Below, piece after piece: positions 62,060-64,000 of a DNA stretch of 64,000 nucleotides. How positions within the stretch are numbered: position 1 is the stretch's first letter; each line of letters opens with the position of its first letter. The stretch spans positions 1 to 64,000 of the forward strand of contig NW_026250434.1 in assembly GCF_024521635.1 (NCBI RefSeq), written 5' to 3'. Under the pieces are notes generated by a model, which did not search any database, had not been told where the DNA came from, and saw nothing but the letters and a program-made list of their open reading frames with translations. Made by a program: the position numbers and the translations under genes. The stretch is from Tricharina praecox. Lineage: Eukaryota.

Positions 62060-63925
62060 ATGGATAGTCTACCGATAGCCATATCCCGCTCTAAACGGGA
62101 GCACAACGAGCACATTTCGATGGAAAACCCCCAAACCCTGTGTTCTCCTCTGTTCAGCCGCTTCAGCATCGACCGCTCGCCGAGCAGATCGCCGCAATAT
62201 GGCGCCATCAACTGTCCCACTCCGCCCATCGCCGTGCCGAGACAGCAGAACACTGGTGCCGGAGTGGGGGAGGGCTACATGGAGCAGGCGTCGCGGCGGC
62301 GGCGGAAGTCCATCTCTTTCGACCCGCAGGTGAGGCTAGACGGAGGTATGAGGACGCTGTTGGAGGCACCGCTGCCCCGGTGCAGTGGGCCTTTCGACTC
62401 CATGACCGAGGCGGAACGGAACTCGTACGAGTCTGATTTCGGGGGTTTGGAGCAGGATCCGCTCACGCCCGGGTCGCCGCCGCAGCAGGAGCCGCGGTCG
62501 CAGCCGCAGCCGCTCGGGCGGAGGGTGGGATCGTTCCGTGAACGGAGACGGTCGACGGCTGCGCAGAAGTTTCTGTCGCCGCTATCGCCGCTGTCCAGTG
62601 ATGGCATGGCGGGGATCTCGTCGCTGACGTCCGAGTCCACCATGTCGTCGGTGTCGGAGTTTAATACACCGCCAAACTCGCTGATTAGCAGCTACTTTGG
62701 TAAAGGCCCGATCCGGTCGCCGGGCGCCGACTCTTCCCGTGCCATATCGCTTTCGCCCGGGACTACTTCCCCGTGGTCCAGTGTCGAGAACAAAGAGATA
62801 CCAAGAAACAAGTCGTTTTCGTTTGAAGCCTCGAAATCACCCCGTCCCAGATCGAGCCGCAGAAAAACTTGTAGTGAGCGCTCTCTGAACTCGTGTTCGT
62901 CCAATGGCATCAGCCCCGCGAGTATGTTCCTCTCCTCGTTCGGCAAGTCGTCGCGACGACCGTCGATACAGCAAGTCTCGCCCGACGACGAAGGGCAGGA
63001 AGTTGGCTCGTACGTGCTAGGCAAGGAGATCGGCCACGGCGGCTTCAGCACTGTAAAGGAAGCGTTTACCTTCTCGGAAGGCCGCGAGGTCAAGCACGCG
63101 GTCAAGATCGTGCGCAAACGCATCCACTCAGACGACGCCGAGAATGACCGCGTGCAGGCCGAGCTCGACCACGAAATCTCACTTTGGCGGTACATGCACC
63201 ACCCGCACATCGTCTCGCTGATCTCGGTCTTCGACACGCCGTTCGCCACGTTCGCGTTCATGCAGCTTAACGAAGACGGCAGTCTGTTCGACCTGATGAA
63301 GCAGCCCGCCAACCGCCGCGGCCTCGCCGCAAAACAGGCGCAGCGCTACACCTTCCAGCTCGCCTGCGCGCTCCGCTACCTGCACGAGGACATGCGCATC
63401 GTCCACCGCGACGTCAAGCTCGAGAACTGTCTCCTCGACAACCCGTCCGCCGACGGCGGCGCGCACCTGCTGCTCTGCGACTTCGGCCTCGCTAAGTTCA
63501 TCAAGAACCCGCACGACTCGGACTCGGACTCGGACTCGCGGCCGTCGACGCCGCACACCGCCGACGCGGCGTCCTACTGCATAACTGGCTCGCTCCCCTA
63601 CTCCTCGCCGGAGACGATCCAGTCGCCGACCGAAGACCCGTCCCCCGCCGCCGACGTCTGGGCGCTCGGCGTTGTCCTGTTCACTATGCTTACAGGCTCC
63701 CTCCCGTTCTCGCACAGCCTCCAGCCGAAGCTGGCTGCAATGATCGTCGACGGGAGCTTTGATGTCAATGCGCTAAGACAGTGCTGGGGACTCAATGAGG
63801 TCGGCAAGACACAGATGGAAATGGCGGTCCAGGTCGTTAAGGGTTGCCTCACGGTTAATCCCGAGAGACGCTGGAATATTCAGGATGTGCTCGAGGCCGC
63901 GTGGTTCGAGGGCGTCGAGGAGTGA
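62060..63925 (+). CDS. Ser/Thr protein kinase (CAMK-like; resembles Nnk1-type fungal kinases) with a long Ser-rich N-terminus
   Basis: IGHGGFSTV, AVKIV, HRDVKLEN, DFG, GSLPYSSPE and DVWALGV motifs in a single exon. The first in-frame ATG is at 62060. Confidence 0.93.
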   Translation: MDSLPIAISRSKREHNEHISMENPQTLCSPLFSRFSIDRSPSRSPQYGAINCPTPPIAVPRQQNTGAGVGEGYMEQASRRRRKSISFDPQVRLDGGMRTLLEAPLPRCSGPFDSMTEAERNSYESDFGGLEQDPLTPGSPPQQEPRSQPQPLGRRVGSFRERRRSTAAQKFLSPLSPLSSDGMAGISSLTSESTMSSVSEFNTPPNSLISSYFGKGPIRSPGADSSRAISLSPGTTSPWSSVENKEIPRNKSFSFEASKSPRPRSSRRKTCSERSLNSCSSNGISPASMFLSSFGKSSRRPSIQQVSPDDEGQEVGSYVLGKEIGHGGFSTVKEAFTFSEGREVKHAVKIVRKRIHSDDAENDRVQAELDHEISLWRYMHHPHIVSLISVFDTPFATFAFMQLNEDGSLFDLMKQPANRRGLAAKQAQRYTFQLACALRYLHEDMRIVHRDVKLENCLLDNPSADGGAHLLLCDFGLAKFIKNPHDSDSDSDSRPSTPHTADAASYCITGSLPYSSPETIQSPTEDPSPAADVWALGVVLFTMLTGSLPFSHSLQPKLAAMIVDGSFDVNALRQCWGLNEVGKTQMEMAVQVVKGCLTVNPERRWNIQDVLEAAWFEGVEE

Positions 63926-64000
63926 AAAGTTGCTTATTGGGGATTTGTTTATTTTTCTTTTACTCTACTTTGGGAATCTCTCCTTACGGTGCGCTGCGGT

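Overview
Eukaryotic, intron-containing DNA from a filamentous ascomycete; Pezizomycotina is inferred from gene content and short GT-AG introns with CTRAY branch sites. Most of the window is housekeeping genes: an AmdX-like C2H2 transcription factor, a GPI-anchored fasciclin, VPS16, MVP1, a LAG1/LAC1 ceramide synthase, TIM50, MRP17, HEM3, a PTM1-like 7TM protein, GCV3, VPS38/UVRAG, a Tea4/TeaC SH3 protein and a Ser/Thr kinase. There are two tRNA genes, Ser-AGA and an intron-containing Gln-TTG. The accessory parts are more interesting. (i) A 9.5-15.5 kb island holds three related hAT-superfamily non-autonomous elements that the ORF track does not show: one intact 535-bp MITE with an 8-bp TSD, one deletion derivative carrying a decayed hAT dimerisation domain, and one inverted partial copy. 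They surround an unknown membrane-protein gene and sit beside the tRNA-Ser gene. (ii) An intact NLR-like NACHT-ankyrin gene has highly similar 99-bp repeats that vary at the binding-surface codons. (iii) There is a Raf2/DIM-7-like RFTS-domain protein. (iv) A stand-alone DUF1308-like domain gene lies head-to-head with the tRNA-Gln gene. All family calls come from motif recognition by eye and no database searches were run. I cannot establish a wholly new biological system from this sequence alone.
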